Positions 40,401 to 50,164 are shown, counted from the first letter of the stretch. The stretch is DNA of 64,000 bases from Candidatus Saccharibacteria bacterium CPR2 (GCA_021404905.1 QWHN01000001.1:194162-258161), one strand, 5' to 3'. The notes: a model not told the origin generated them from the sequence alone. Program-made: numbers and translations.

Positions 40401-40847
40401 TTAAAAAAGGCGTTTGAGCAAATCTATGAGAGCTTTTTCATCTCTAACTGTTTCTAAGCCGCTTCCAAAATGTATGATGCCTTCCACGCTATAAACGCCC
40501 TCAGGAGTTCTATGTATAGTAGCCACCCACCATGTGCCAGGTCTTTCTTCTTCATTTGCGATTGGGTCGTTAGAAAGTTTGTAGCTTGGCGGGCGAGACA
40601 TGTCTTCATGAATCTCAAAGGCATAGATAGGATCTCTCTCGGTATTGATATTTATTCTAGAGATTCTCCTGCCTTTTATGGGTACGCTGTCTAGCCCCTC
40701 AATATTTGAATCCTGAAAACCACTCTCAATATCTTCATATAAATTACCGAGAATTTCCTGGTCAGATTCATGTGACTCGTCTTTTGATTCGTGTTCATTC
40801 ATGTTATGTGTAGTATACCTTGTAAAATTAAAGCGGTTTCCTGCCAT
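40401..40847 (-). CDS. Hypothetical protein
   Basis: 148-aa ORF that overlaps the PGM stop region by 20 nt and runs in the same direction. No motif recognised. Confidence 0.5.
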   Translation of the reverse strand: MAGNRFNFTRYTTHNMNEHESKDESHESDQEILGNLYEDIESGFQDSNIEGLDSVPIKGRRISRININTERDPIYAFEIHEDMSRPPSYKLSNDPIANEEERPGTWWVATIHRTPEGVYSVEGIIHFGSGLETVRDEKALIDLLKRLF

Positions 40848-42243
40848 TCTTCGGGACTGTTGTTAAAGATCCTTTGCTCATTTGATAGGAGCCTTGCGTT
40901 TGTGCGTTAGATTCAATAACTCTAGAGGCTTTCTCAACAATCTCTCGAAGTTTTTCATTGTTTTTTGCCTCCACGTTGAGCCTTAGGAGTGGTTCGGTGT
41001 TGCTGGGTCTTACATTGATCCAGTAGTCAGAGTAATTAACTGTCAATCCATCGAGCCAGTCTTGATTGCCAGTCGAGAAATCTTTAGCCACAGTGTCCAT
41101 AACCAGCTCTTTATTCTTTACTTCAAAATTGGTTTCAGGAATCTGACTATAGCGCCTGAATTCGTTAGCTATCTCGGATAACTTCTTGCCACTGCGTGAA
41201 AGTACTGCCGTTGCGACTATTGCGGCAATCAAACCGGAGTCTGCCATGTAATTATCTCTAAAATAATAATGCCCGCTGTGTTCACCCGCGAACACGGCGT
41301 TGTACTTACGCATATCTGCTTTTATAAACGAATGTCCAACTTTTGTGCGTTTTGGCTCTCCACCATTTTCCTTGATTGATTCTACGGCTGCTCGACCACA
41401 AATTGCATTATGTAATACAGTTGCTCCCGGGTGTTGGCTTAAAAAGTATTTGGCCAAGATTGCGGTCATCTCTGTTCCGGTTAACGTATGGCCGTTCTCA
41501 TCTATTAATACTGCTCTATCGCCATCACCGTCAAAAGCTATACCGAGGTCGCAACTGTCTTGTTTTACCCTTAAAATTAAATCCTTAAGATTCTCTGGCT
41601 CTAAGGGATTGGCTATGTGGTTAGGAAAGGACCCGTCCAACTCAAAATACATGGGTATTATCTCAAAAGGTACACGTTTGGTTAAATAGGGGATTATAGC
41701 ACCAGCCATACCGTTGCCCGCATCAATAGCAATTTTATAGGGCTTGAGCTCGCTTACATTAACAAAAGCCAATATGTGCTCAACCCAATCTTCTGTAATT
41801 TCTTTTTTTCTTTGAGTACCCACTTTTTTAACTCGATCAAAAGATTCTGAAAGCGTTTTATCTCGAATCTCAGCTAATCCGGACTCGATGCCTACAGGCT
41901 TTGCTTCTTCTCGACACACTTTAATCCCGTTATATTCACTGGGATTATGGCTAGCGGTAACCATGGCACCTCCGGCGAGCTTAAACTTTCCTACCGAAAA
42001 ATAAATCATGTCGCTAGTAACCTGCCCAATATTCCAAACTTCACGACCTTGCTTAACCAAACCCTTAATCATCGCAGAGGATAATTCTGCTGAATCTGGG
42101 CGCATATCTCTACCAACTGCCACGGCGCCATTTTTTGGTAAAAAATCAGCAAATGCGCGTCCAATTTTCTCCACCACATCTTTAGTTAATTCTGATCCAA
42201 CCTTACCTCTTACGTCATAAGCCTTGAAAATTTTTTCAATCAT
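40828..42243 (-). CDS. Phosphoglucomutase/phosphomannomutase
   Basis: I chose the start at MIEKIFKAYDVRG. The active-site loop is TASHNPSEYNGIK, and the Mg loop is FDGDGDR. Confidence 0.9.
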   Translation of the reverse strand: MIEKIFKAYDVRGKVGSELTKDVVEKIGRAFADFLPKNGAVAVGRDMRPDSAELSSAMIKGLVKQGREVWNIGQVTSDMIYFSVGKFKLAGGAMVTASHNPSEYNGIKVCREEAKPVGIESGLAEIRDKTLSESFDRVKKVGTQRKKEITEDWVEHILAFVNVSELKPYKIAIDAGNGMAGAIIPYLTKRVPFEIIPMYFELDGSFPNHIANPLEPENLKDLILRVKQDSCDLGIAFDGDGDRAVLIDENGHTLTGTEMTAILAKYFLSQHPGATVLHNAICGRAAVESIKENGGEPKRTKVGHSFIKADMRKYNAVFAGEHSGHYYFRDNYMADSGLIAAIVATAVLSRSGKKLSEIANEFRRYSQIPETNFEVKNKELVMDTVAKDFSTGNQDWLDGLTVNYSDYWINVRPSNTEPLLRLNVEAKNNEKLREIVEKASRVIESNAQTQGSYQMSKGSLTTVPKNGRKPL

Positions 42244-42333
42244 ATCGTGAATTTCCCTATAATATATTGAGTCTAACATTTTCCGAATAAAAGCATTGCT
42301 AAAATAACAGCTAAATGGTTGAGTTAATAGAGT

Positions 42334-42513
42334 ATGGCCTATCATGAGCAAGAACCACCAGAATTACCCGAAGAAGATGATCAATTTGACAACCTATTTA
42401 GGGGTGTAATCGATACCGCTCAAAATCTAAACGAAAATAAAATTGTAGTTGATGTTGAGATTGATGACGAAGAAAATGATGAACCGGAAGATTCCCAGAG
42501 CACGGAATCGTAA
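42334..42513 (+). CDS. Possible small acidic protein (59 aa), below the ORF-track cutoff
   Basis: It translates as MAYHEQEPPELPEEDDQFDNLFRGVIDTAQNLNENKIVVDVEIDDEENDEPEDSQSTES and is the only open frame in this gap. No clear RBS is present. Confidence 0.3.
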   Translation: MAYHEQEPPELPEEDDQFDNLFRGVIDTAQNLNENKIVVDVEIDDEENDEPEDSQSTES

Positions 42514-42530
42514 CGTTTTTATATCAAAAC

Positions 42531-43865
42531 TCATATGCGCACAAATTGGTCAAATTGTGCCCTGGTGGCTTGGTTAAGCTTTTCCAACTTATTTTCTAAA
42601 TCAGTAACATCACCATTCCTCTCAATCCCGTCTGCTCCCTGACCATTTAATTGGTAATCACTAATAATTTGTCTGGCTCTAGTTTGCATTTCCTTGATGT
42701 TGGTCGATATTCGATAGACTTCGATGCCGTTTTCATATATTCTCTCTGTTTTTACATCTCGCGTTAAATTGAACTGAGTTAGATGTAAGTCAACTGGGAC
42801 CTCTCCTTTGCTGTGGCGCATCGCGCGTTTATACTTGCGGCGACTTGGAGCCTTGTGACGACACTTAAGTTGAATTTGAAGACGAGATTGCTCAAAGTTG
42901 TTATTATCAAAATATTGTACAGACGCATCAAAACCTTGTTTGTACTTAACACTGGGTAGATCCGGACTCAATTCTGTTGAATCAGTACCAGGAAAATCTT
43001 CCCTGGCAAACGCGCTTCTTACATATATTGAACCTAGCAACCCGCTTTTAAAGATTTTATCCCTCTGACCGAGAAGAAACATCCACTCAAAGATGAAACC
43101 GGCTTGATTTTTACCGCCCTCCCGGCAAAACTCTTGAAATCGTTCGTTAAATTCTATTTGCTTGTGCATAAAGTAATTGCTTATAGCTTCATTTTGCTCT
43201 GGATTTTCTCGGGATTGGTCGGCAAGCATATGCAGTTTATACATATCTATATCGTAAATGTGGCCAACCGCCATTCTGTAATAAGCGTAATCCCATTTTC
43301 TTTTTGGGTTATATATGACTTCGCCTTTTTCGTTACTAAGCTTGGGTGTAGTTTCATAAATTCTTTTTACGTCATAAAAATGCTTTCGAGAGTTAATTAG
43401 TAACTTTCGTTTGGTTGATGGATCGTCATTTAGAAATGCTGCTTCCATAAGTAATGTTCCGCCCAGGAAATGACTGCGCCTGGTATCGTAAGTTGCTTCA
43501 GCAGAATCCAGGTATAACCACTCATACGCGTTTATAAGATCTTCAAATGCTTCCGGTAACCTGTTCTGCGCTCCCAAATGCATATAAAACCGATATACGT
43601 CCGATGAGCTTGGATTGTGAGCTTCTGAAACGGTTTGATCTTTTAAGTGATCGTAATAACCAATGAGCTGTTGTTGGTTATCTATGTGAGTGGTTAATTC
43701 TTCGGCTGTCGTTGCGAGAATAGCTTGTCTGGCAAAAAACTTTAGGTACTCGGGAATGTTGTCGGGCGTTATCTGACTCCTAGAAATCTCTGGCACAAGC
43801 TCAGAAACCCCCTCGCGCATATTAGGCGCCTCGCCTTTTATGAGCAATTTGTTGATAATACCCAA
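42531..43865 (-). CDS. Hypothetical protein (ORFan); C-terminal region has a weak PD-(D/E)xK-like pattern
   Basis: 444-aa ORF. The segment GFDASVQ...LQIQLKC could be a D...(E/Q)xK nuclease motif, but this is speculative. Confidence 0.45.
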   Translation of the reverse strand: MGIINKLLIKGEAPNMREGVSELVPEISRSQITPDNIPEYLKFFARQAILATTAEELTTHIDNQQQLIGYYDHLKDQTVSEAHNPSSSDVYRFYMHLGAQNRLPEAFEDLINAYEWLYLDSAEATYDTRRSHFLGGTLLMEAAFLNDDPSTKRKLLINSRKHFYDVKRIYETTPKLSNEKGEVIYNPKRKWDYAYYRMAVGHIYDIDMYKLHMLADQSRENPEQNEAISNYFMHKQIEFNERFQEFCREGGKNQAGFIFEWMFLLGQRDKIFKSGLLGSIYVRSAFAREDFPGTDSTELSPDLPSVKYKQGFDASVQYFDNNNFEQSRLQIQLKCRHKAPSRRKYKRAMRHSKGEVPVDLHLTQFNLTRDVKTERIYENGIEVYRISTNIKEMQTRARQIISDYQLNGQGADGIERNGDVTDLENKLEKLNQATRAQFDQFVRI

Positions 43866-43920
43866 CCATTTATCTACAGCATAGCTCAGCCACAGCGCTT
43901 ATGGCAATTGCAATATACAT

Positions 43921-44358
43921 ATGGATAAAAACCACATTTATGCGAGTACGCGAGATATTGACAACGCAAGGGATCAATGGTTATATAATTTACATCCATC
44001 GGACAACCGAAAGGGAATGGATATGGCGTTAACGCATCGTGTATGCGAGTCCGTATTGGCGTTTGGGGAATTCGGTCCGGAGGTCTTGCGACTTGGTAGG
44101 GCTGAAGCTCGAGTCAAGCTCGATGGGGGACATCAAGACCTTATCGGTCATCTCGAGCAAGCACTACGCACTGTCTCAATTGTAGCCGACGCTCAGGTCT
44201 GCTACCGTTCAGACTATTGCGTTTGTGAGGAGCAACCCTCCGATGGACGACCCTGTGTTTGGGTATCGTTCGAGGAGCGCACTCCCCTGAGCGTCATGTG
44301 CAGCGCAGTTAGGGAAGCAATTCGCGACTCAAGCGAGCTACGTAGGCTCGGCGACTAA
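43921..44358 (+). CDS. Hypothetical Cys-rich protein encoded in a locally GC-richer segment
   Basis: 145-aa ORF. Hand counts give about 53-58% GC against about 43-47% in the flanks. No motif recognised, and the coding status is uncertain. Confidence 0.4.
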   Translation: MDKNHIYASTRDIDNARDQWLYNLHPSDNRKGMDMALTHRVCESVLAFGEFGPEVLRLGRAEARVKLDGGHQDLIGHLEQALRTVSIVADAQVCYRSDYCVCEEQPSDGRPCVWVSFEERTPLSVMCSAVREAIRDSSELRRLGD

Positions 44359-44553
44359 TCACGATGTTCGCGCCAGGGTGGTGGAATCAACAGATTCCAT
44401 AAAAACACTCCACCACCCGGCAGCGCGGAGCAGTAAGTAGTTAAGAGTTTTTGTGTACTAACACACATCACATAAAGACTCATCCTAATCTATAAACTGC
44501 TCCGCAAAAATACATTTAGTTATGGAGCATGTTTGTCAATAATATGATTGTGC

Positions 44554-45873
44554 TTACTTCTGTTTCAAAATTTCACGAGCTATTTGGCGATCGTCCCATT
44601 TTTCTTTGTGGTCACCCACAACTCGAAATTGCTGATGACCCATGCCTGTTATATAAACCGTGTCACCTGCTTTAGCCTGTCCTATTGCCATAGATATTGC
44701 CTCGCGTCGGCTCGCTACTTCACGCATGTCTGCCGCGGTTTCATGAAAACCGGCAATTACTTCACTTCTAATCTTTGCTGGATCTTCGCTGTAAGGTTCA
44801 TCATCCGTAACCATGGCAACATCACTTAAGTTGCCGACGATTTTACCCATTTTTGGCCTTTTATCTTTATCGCGGTCTCCCGTAGCGCCAAAAACAGTAA
44901 TTAACTTGCCTTTAGTCATTGCTTTTAATGTCTCGAGCGAATTTTCCAAAGCGTCTGGAGTGTGCGCATAATCCACAATTACGTCAAAATTTTGTCCCTC
45001 CTCGATTTTCTCAAGCCTTCCAGGAACATTTGTAACGGCTTCTAAGCCTCTTTTTATGTATTTCGGCGCCACACCTATAGCATAAGCCGTAGCAGTGGCT
45101 GCAAGAGCGTTGTATGCGTTAAACTTACCAATGAGTCCAAGATTGACCTCAATTTCTTCACTTCCTAAAGCAAGTTTCAGGGTCGAGCTTTTTTTGCCTA
45201 GTTTTGCACTGACTATTCTGCACTCATCTGACTCTTTAGTGCCATAGGAAACTTTTTTGGTTTTTGCTTCATATTTATCAAAAAACTCGAACCATTGATC
45301 GTCACTATTTAGCACTATAAAGTTTGGTTTTTTAGCAAATAACTTCCCTTTTGCAGCCGCATATTTTTCCATTGTGCCGTGGTAATCCAAGTGATCCTGA
45401 GTCAAATTAGTCATCACGGCTGCCTCAACAGGAATGCCCCAAGTTCGATACTGGGATAGTGCGTGGGAGGTTACCTCTATAACCGCCCAATCAACTTCAG
45501 CCTTCCTCATTTTGTCCAACATCTTTTGCAGTGAAAACGGGTTGGTAACTGTCATATTTTTGTCATTTGGAATCACTTCTTTTCCAGTCTGGAAAAAAGC
45601 CGTTGAACTTAACCCCACCCTGTTTCCCGCCTCCTCAAGAATCTTGGCGATTAACACCGCTGTAGTTGTTTTGCCATTTGTACCCGTGACCATAATCACG
45701 TGCATTTGTTTTGCGGGAGATCCATATATAAAATTTGCAACTACGGCACGTAAAAAATGATACGGCGGAAGAATAACCTTGAGGACAGGCCCAGGGATAA
45801 ACCCTTTGATAGCTGATTTAAACCCCGTTAACATAAGTCTATAATACCCCAAAGAAAAGATTTTGTGCGCCAC
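44554..45873 (-). CDS. murE: Mur ligase, MurE-like (UDP-MurNAc-L-Ala-D-Glu:DAP/Lys ligase) with a short N-terminal domain
   Basis: The P-loop is VTGTNGKTTT. The block DYAHTPDALENSLETLK is typical of MurE. It uses a GTG start. Confidence 0.7.
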   Translation of the reverse strand: MAHKIFSLGYYRLMLTGFKSAIKGFIPGPVLKVILPPYHFLRAVVANFIYGSPAKQMHVIMVTGTNGKTTTAVLIAKILEEAGNRVGLSSTAFFQTGKEVIPNDKNMTVTNPFSLQKMLDKMRKAEVDWAVIEVTSHALSQYRTWGIPVEAAVMTNLTQDHLDYHGTMEKYAAAKGKLFAKKPNFIVLNSDDQWFEFFDKYEAKTKKVSYGTKESDECRIVSAKLGKKSSTLKLALGSEEIEVNLGLIGKFNAYNALAATATAYAIGVAPKYIKRGLEAVTNVPGRLEKIEEGQNFDVIVDYAHTPDALENSLETLKAMTKGKLITVFGATGDRDKDKRPKMGKIVGNLSDVAMVTDDEPYSEDPAKIRSEVIAGFHETAADMREVASRREAISMAIGQAKAGDTVYITGMGHQQFRVVGDHKEKWDDRQIAREILKQK

Positions 45874-45917
45874 TTACGCATTAATGTAATAGTTTAATCT
45901 GTTAAGATAGTTAAGTT

Positions 45918-47039
45918 ATGAATATTCTTGGGATTGAAACCAGTTGCGACGAAACTGCCGCTGCGGTAGTGAAAAATGGGACTATCTTGACTTCCAGTAT
46001 CGTGCTGAGTCAAATAGACATCCATAAGGAATTTGGAGGGGTTGTACCTGAAATTGCTGCTCGTAGCCATATTGAATCGATTTTACCAGTTATAAAACAA
46101 GCCCTTAAACAAGCATTTAACAGAGGCGGTAGAGTCTCTGCCCGTGATGAGGAACTGTGGTCTAATATTGACGCTATCGCTGTTACGTACGGGCCCGGTC
46201 TGCTTGGCTCTTTGTTGATAGGGGTGCTTACGGCTCGAACCCTGGCAATTACAAAAAACCTGCCTCTTTACGCTATTAACCATGTCGAGGGACACGTATA
46301 CGCGAATTTTATAAATTCGCAGTTTTCAGGTAACAATTTTCATTTTTCAAATAATAAGACTTGGGAACCACCGGCATTTCCATTACTCGCGCTAATAGTT
46401 TCCGGGGGGCATTCTCAGCTGGTTTTATTTAAAGACCATGGGAATTACAGACTATTGGGCCAGACTCAAGATGATGCTATCGGTGAAGCATTTGATAAGG
46501 TCGCTAAAATTCTGGGCCTTCCCTACCCTGGCGGCCCATCTATCGCCAAAGCTGCGCTCAAGGGTAATCCAAATGCTTATGACTTCCCTATCGCGAAAAT
46601 GTCTGGCAAATATGATTTTTCTTTTTCTGGGCTAAAAACCGCTGTTCTAAGAAAGGTTCAGGAAATCTGCAACAAGCCTTATGACTTTCCGTCGTTTGAA
46701 CTCCACGGTCTACTCAATGATAAAGTTCGTAACGATCTCGCTGCTTCTTTCCAAAAAATAGCAGCGAAAACAGTGGTGAATAAGACCATAATAGCTTATA
46801 AAGAGTTTAAGCCTGCCTCTGTTGCTATAGGGGGCGGTGTAGCTGCAAATATGGAGCTTCGTTCTCAGTTAAAACAACTTTTGCCAATAGAAATTGAATA
46901 TGCCAGCCCCAGTCTTTGCACGGATAATGCGGCGATGATTGCCTCACTTGCCTATTTTCAAGCCCAACATTCAAAACCTGTTGATCCTTATTCTTTGGAA
47001 ATAGAGCCAAGTTTAAGAATGACTAAGAATACAAGCTAA
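45918..47039 (+). CDS. tsaD: tRNA N6-adenosine threonylcarbamoyltransferase TsaD
   Basis: It carries ILGIETSCDETAAAV, the HVEGH metal site and GGVAAN. Confidence 0.9.
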   Translation: MNILGIETSCDETAAAVVKNGTILTSSIVLSQIDIHKEFGGVVPEIAARSHIESILPVIKQALKQAFNRGGRVSARDEELWSNIDAIAVTYGPGLLGSLLIGVLTARTLAITKNLPLYAINHVEGHVYANFINSQFSGNNFHFSNNKTWEPPAFPLLALIVSGGHSQLVLFKDHGNYRLLGQTQDDAIGEAFDKVAKILGLPYPGGPSIAKAALKGNPNAYDFPIAKMSGKYDFSFSGLKTAVLRKVQEICNKPYDFPSFELHGLLNDKVRNDLAASFQKIAAKTVVNKTIIAYKEFKPASVAIGGGVAANMELRSQLKQLLPIEIEYASPSLCTDNAAMIASLAYFQAQHSKPVDPYSLEIEPSLRMTKNTS

Positions 47040-47077
47040 GGCTCTGAACTCGATATATCTATAATTTCTCTTGCGAT

Positions 47078-47097
47078 AAAAGCTTTTCAAGCTTTTT
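47078..47097 (+). terminator. Candidate intrinsic terminator after tsaD
   Basis: The stem is AAAAGCT-tttca-AGCTTTT, running into T. Confidence 0.45.
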
Positions 47098-47324
47098 GAT
47101 CGCCCTACTTTTTCTCTCCAGCAAGAAAAAGTAGGCAAAAAGTGCCGCCCAAGCTCAAAAAACTGCCCTTGTCTCTCGTTTCGCTAAAAACAGACTAAAC
47201 TTGCGGAACTCTCCGCTGTAGGGCGGATCAGACAGTCCTCAGTTTAATCTGTTTCAGCTTACTTAAACAAAGGTGTTTTTTGAGAAGGGGGTTAAGACGA
47301 TAGTTTAAGAATAACCAGTGTGGA

Positions 47325-47410
47325 CGTTGGAAACTAGAAACTAGTTTTTAAAAATATACTATTTTCTATTTCCTAATTGCTGTTTCCTAATTTCTATACT
47401 TCATATTCTA
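47325..47410. repeat. Inverted heptamer-array element, copy E6, with a truncated left arm
   Basis: The exact 22-mer is at 47349-47370. The right units read ttttcta tttccta attgctg tttccta atttcta tacttca tattcta. Confidence 0.85.
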
Positions 47411-47587
47411 CGGGCTTTGATTGTGCAAAACCCATTTGTATTATCTTGCTATTGAGTTAAAATAGGGGAGTAAAACAAACACGTGAAATCAGTAGTGGGG
47501 ACATAGCAGATAGCACACAGCCCGTGTGTTGTGGTTTAGTTTTTTCACGTGAAATCAAAATAGTAATTAAAAGGGGCAATTTTTTGT

Positions 47588-50164
47588 ATGAGCTTGCCTA
47601 AGATTTATGAGCCGCACGCATACGAGTCCGATGTGTACCAAGCATGGGAAAAGAGTGAGGCATTTCTTCCAAAAAACAGGGGAGATCACCGCGCTTTCAG
47701 TCTGGTTATGCCCCCACCCAATGCAAATGGCAACCTGCATATTGGACATGCTCTTACTAACGCGATTCAGGACGTTATGGTTCGCTTTGAAAGAATGCGA
47801 GGCAAAGCTAGTTTATATCTTCCTGGGGCAGATCATGCTGGTTTTGAAACCTGGGTTGTTTACGAAAAGCAACTGACAGCACAAGGAAAAACGCGCTTTG
47901 ATTTTTCTCGATCAGAGCTGTATAGCCAGGTCTGGAATTTCGTAGAACAAAATAAGGAAGATATGCTTGCCCAGCTCAGAGAGTTGGGAGCTAGTTGTGA
48001 CTGGTCACGGTTTACTTACACTCTGGATGAAAAAGTTGTTGCCACTGCTTATGAAACGTTCAATAAAATGTGGAAAGATGAGCTGATCTACAGGGGTGAG
48101 CGCATAGTAAATTATTGCACCAATCACGGAACTTCTTTTTCTGACATCGAAGTAGTTTATAAGTCTGATAAATCAAAACTTTGGTATATAGATTATCCAC
48201 TGAGCGATGGCAGCGGTAGTATCCAGGTTGCAACCACCCGTCCTGAAACAATGCTAGGGGACACGGCCGTAGCAGTACATCCTAAAGACGAAAGATACAA
48301 GAAACTTGTAGGTAAAATGGTGAGGTTACCTCTGTGTGATCGAGAAATTCCAATTATTGAAGATGAAGCTATAGATCCTGAATTTGGTACCGGAGCGGTT
48401 AAGGTCACGCCGGCACACGACCCCAATGATTACGATATCGCCTCTCGTCATAATCTTGAATTTGTTAGAATTATTGACTTTGAAGGCAAGATTACAGATT
48501 TAGCTCCGAAAAGATTTCAAGGGCAAAGCGTAGAGGAGGCTAGAGAGCATGTCGTTACTGCCTTGAAAAAAGAAGGGGCATTGGCAAAAGAAGAGGATTA
48601 TGAACATAGTGTCGGACATTGCTATAAATGCGATAGCGTCATAGAGCCCCTGCTAAAAGACCAGTGGTTCGTAAAAATGGCTCCTCTTGCAAAGAAGGCC
48701 ATTGAAGCTATTAAAAACAAAGATATCTCGTTTTTTCCTAAATCAAAGGGTAGCCAATTATTGCGTTATCTGGAAAACATTCGCGATTGGAATATTAGCC
48801 GTCAAATCGCTTGGGGAATACCAATTCCTGCTTACCAAAACGCAGATGATCCTAATGATTGGATATTTAACAGTGATGTAGGGCAGGAAACTCTGGAGAT
48901 AGACGGGAAAACTTATAAAAGAGACCCGGACGTATTTGATACCTGGTTTTCCTCTGGGCAATGGCCATTTGTAACATTGGGCTACCCCAAATCTTCAGAC
49001 TACAAGCATTTTTATCCTCTTAGCGTTATGGAAACCGGAGGTGAAATTCTATTTCAATGGGTGGGCCGCATGATAATGTTGGGGCTATACATTACTAAAA
49101 ATGTTCCTTTTAAAGATGTTTATATTCATGGCTATGTGTTAGACGAGCATGGAGCTAAGATGAGCAAATCAAAGGGCAACGTCATCGCGCCAAAAGAGAT
49201 CATCAAAGAATATGGCTCAGACGCATTGCGCATGGGGTTAATTGCCGGCAGATCTGCTGGATTAAACCAGGGTTTTAGTACTGCTAAAATTGTCGGAGCG
49301 CGTAATTTTTGCAACAAATTGTGGAATGCGGCCCGTTTTGTAGAATCTCAATGCCCAGAAGGTTATAAGCTGTCAAAACCTCACCCCAAAACCATGGTTG
49401 ACTACTGGATGCTAGAGCAATTAAGAGTTAAGGCGCAAACAATTACCCAAAAACTAGAGAATTATCAATTCACGGAAGCTTATGAAACAATTTATCACTT
49501 GCTTTGGGATGATTTCGCGGATTGGTATATAGAGGTATCAAAACATCAACTAAACAAAGATGTTTTGGCATTCGGTCTTATTAACATATTGAAGTTAGCC
49601 CATCCCTTTGCGCCTTTCGTTACGGAGTCGATTTGGAGAACACTGGCTTGGGAAAAAGACATGCTGATAATTAACGGTTGGCCGCAGCTTAAATACTCAT
49701 ATGAAAAAGAGTCAAAAGACTTTTCTCGTATTCAAGACGTAGTTTCAGAAATTCGTTATCTAAGATCACAACTCCATTTAACAGAGAACAATTTGTACTA
49801 CAAGGACAGTCCTTTTATTAAAGCCAACGCTGATTTAATAGTAGCTCTTACCGGCCTCTTGGGATGCCATGAGGTAAGTTCCGGGCATGGCCTTCATTTA
49901 ACCAGGGCGAACGTTGATGCCTGGATAGACGTTGAAGAAAACGCCATGCGCGATTATTTAATCAAACTTCTTGAGGAAAGAGATGCCCATATGGAAGAGT
50001 TAAAAATTCTGGAAACACGACTGGAAAATAAATCGTATTTGAAATCGGCTCCGCACCATATAGTTGAGGAAACCAGAACCAAACTCGCGGAAAAGAAGAA
50101 CCTTATTGAACGGTTTAAAGATGAGGTTGATTTTATCGAGATATCCCTGAAGAGATACTTGTAG
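47588..50164 (+). CDS. valS: Valine--tRNA ligase
   Basis: It has PPPNANGNLHIGHAL (HIGH), KMSKSKGN (KMSKS) and a C-terminal coiled coil. Confidence 0.95.
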   Translation: MSLPKIYEPHAYESDVYQAWEKSEAFLPKNRGDHRAFSLVMPPPNANGNLHIGHALTNAIQDVMVRFERMRGKASLYLPGADHAGFETWVVYEKQLTAQGKTRFDFSRSELYSQVWNFVEQNKEDMLAQLRELGASCDWSRFTYTLDEKVVATAYETFNKMWKDELIYRGERIVNYCTNHGTSFSDIEVVYKSDKSKLWYIDYPLSDGSGSIQVATTRPETMLGDTAVAVHPKDERYKKLVGKMVRLPLCDREIPIIEDEAIDPEFGTGAVKVTPAHDPNDYDIASRHNLEFVRIIDFEGKITDLAPKRFQGQSVEEAREHVVTALKKEGALAKEEDYEHSVGHCYKCDSVIEPLLKDQWFVKMAPLAKKAIEAIKNKDISFFPKSKGSQLLRYLENIRDWNISRQIAWGIPIPAYQNADDPNDWIFNSDVGQETLEIDGKTYKRDPDVFDTWFSSGQWPFVTLGYPKSSDYKHFYPLSVMETGGEILFQWVGRMIMLGLYITKNVPFKDVYIHGYVLDEHGAKMSKSKGNVIAPKEIIKEYGSDALRMGLIAGRSAGLNQGFSTAKIVGARNFCNKLWNAARFVESQCPEGYKLSKPHPKTMVDYWMLEQLRVKAQTITQKLENYQFTEAYETIYHLLWDDFADWYIEVSKHQLNKDVLAFGLINILKLAHPFAPFVTESIWRTLAWEKDMLIINGWPQLKYSYEKESKDFSRIQDVVSEIRYLRSQLHLTENNLYYKDSPFIKANADLIVALTGLLGCHEVSSGHGLHLTRANVDAWIDVEENAMRDYLIKLLEERDAHMEELKILETRLENKSYLKSAPHHIVEETRTKLAEKKNLIERFKDEVDFIEISLKRYL

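Noticed and set aside
43990-44520. The GC-rich segment considered as RNase P RNA or tmRNA. The sequence CTCCACCACCCGGCAGC resembles the M1 RNA CUCCACCCGGAGCAAG.
   Set aside because: The universal RNase P blocks (GAGGAAAGUCC, ACAGAA...GGCUUA) and the tmRNA ends are not present on either strand. The resemblance is limited to one short GC-rich string.
47040-47587. T-box riboswitch upstream of valS.
   Set aside because: I could not find the conserved T-box sequence (AAUUAGGGUGGUACCGCG-like) or a specifier-loop arrangement. The region is kept as an unexplained structured gap rather than a called T-box.
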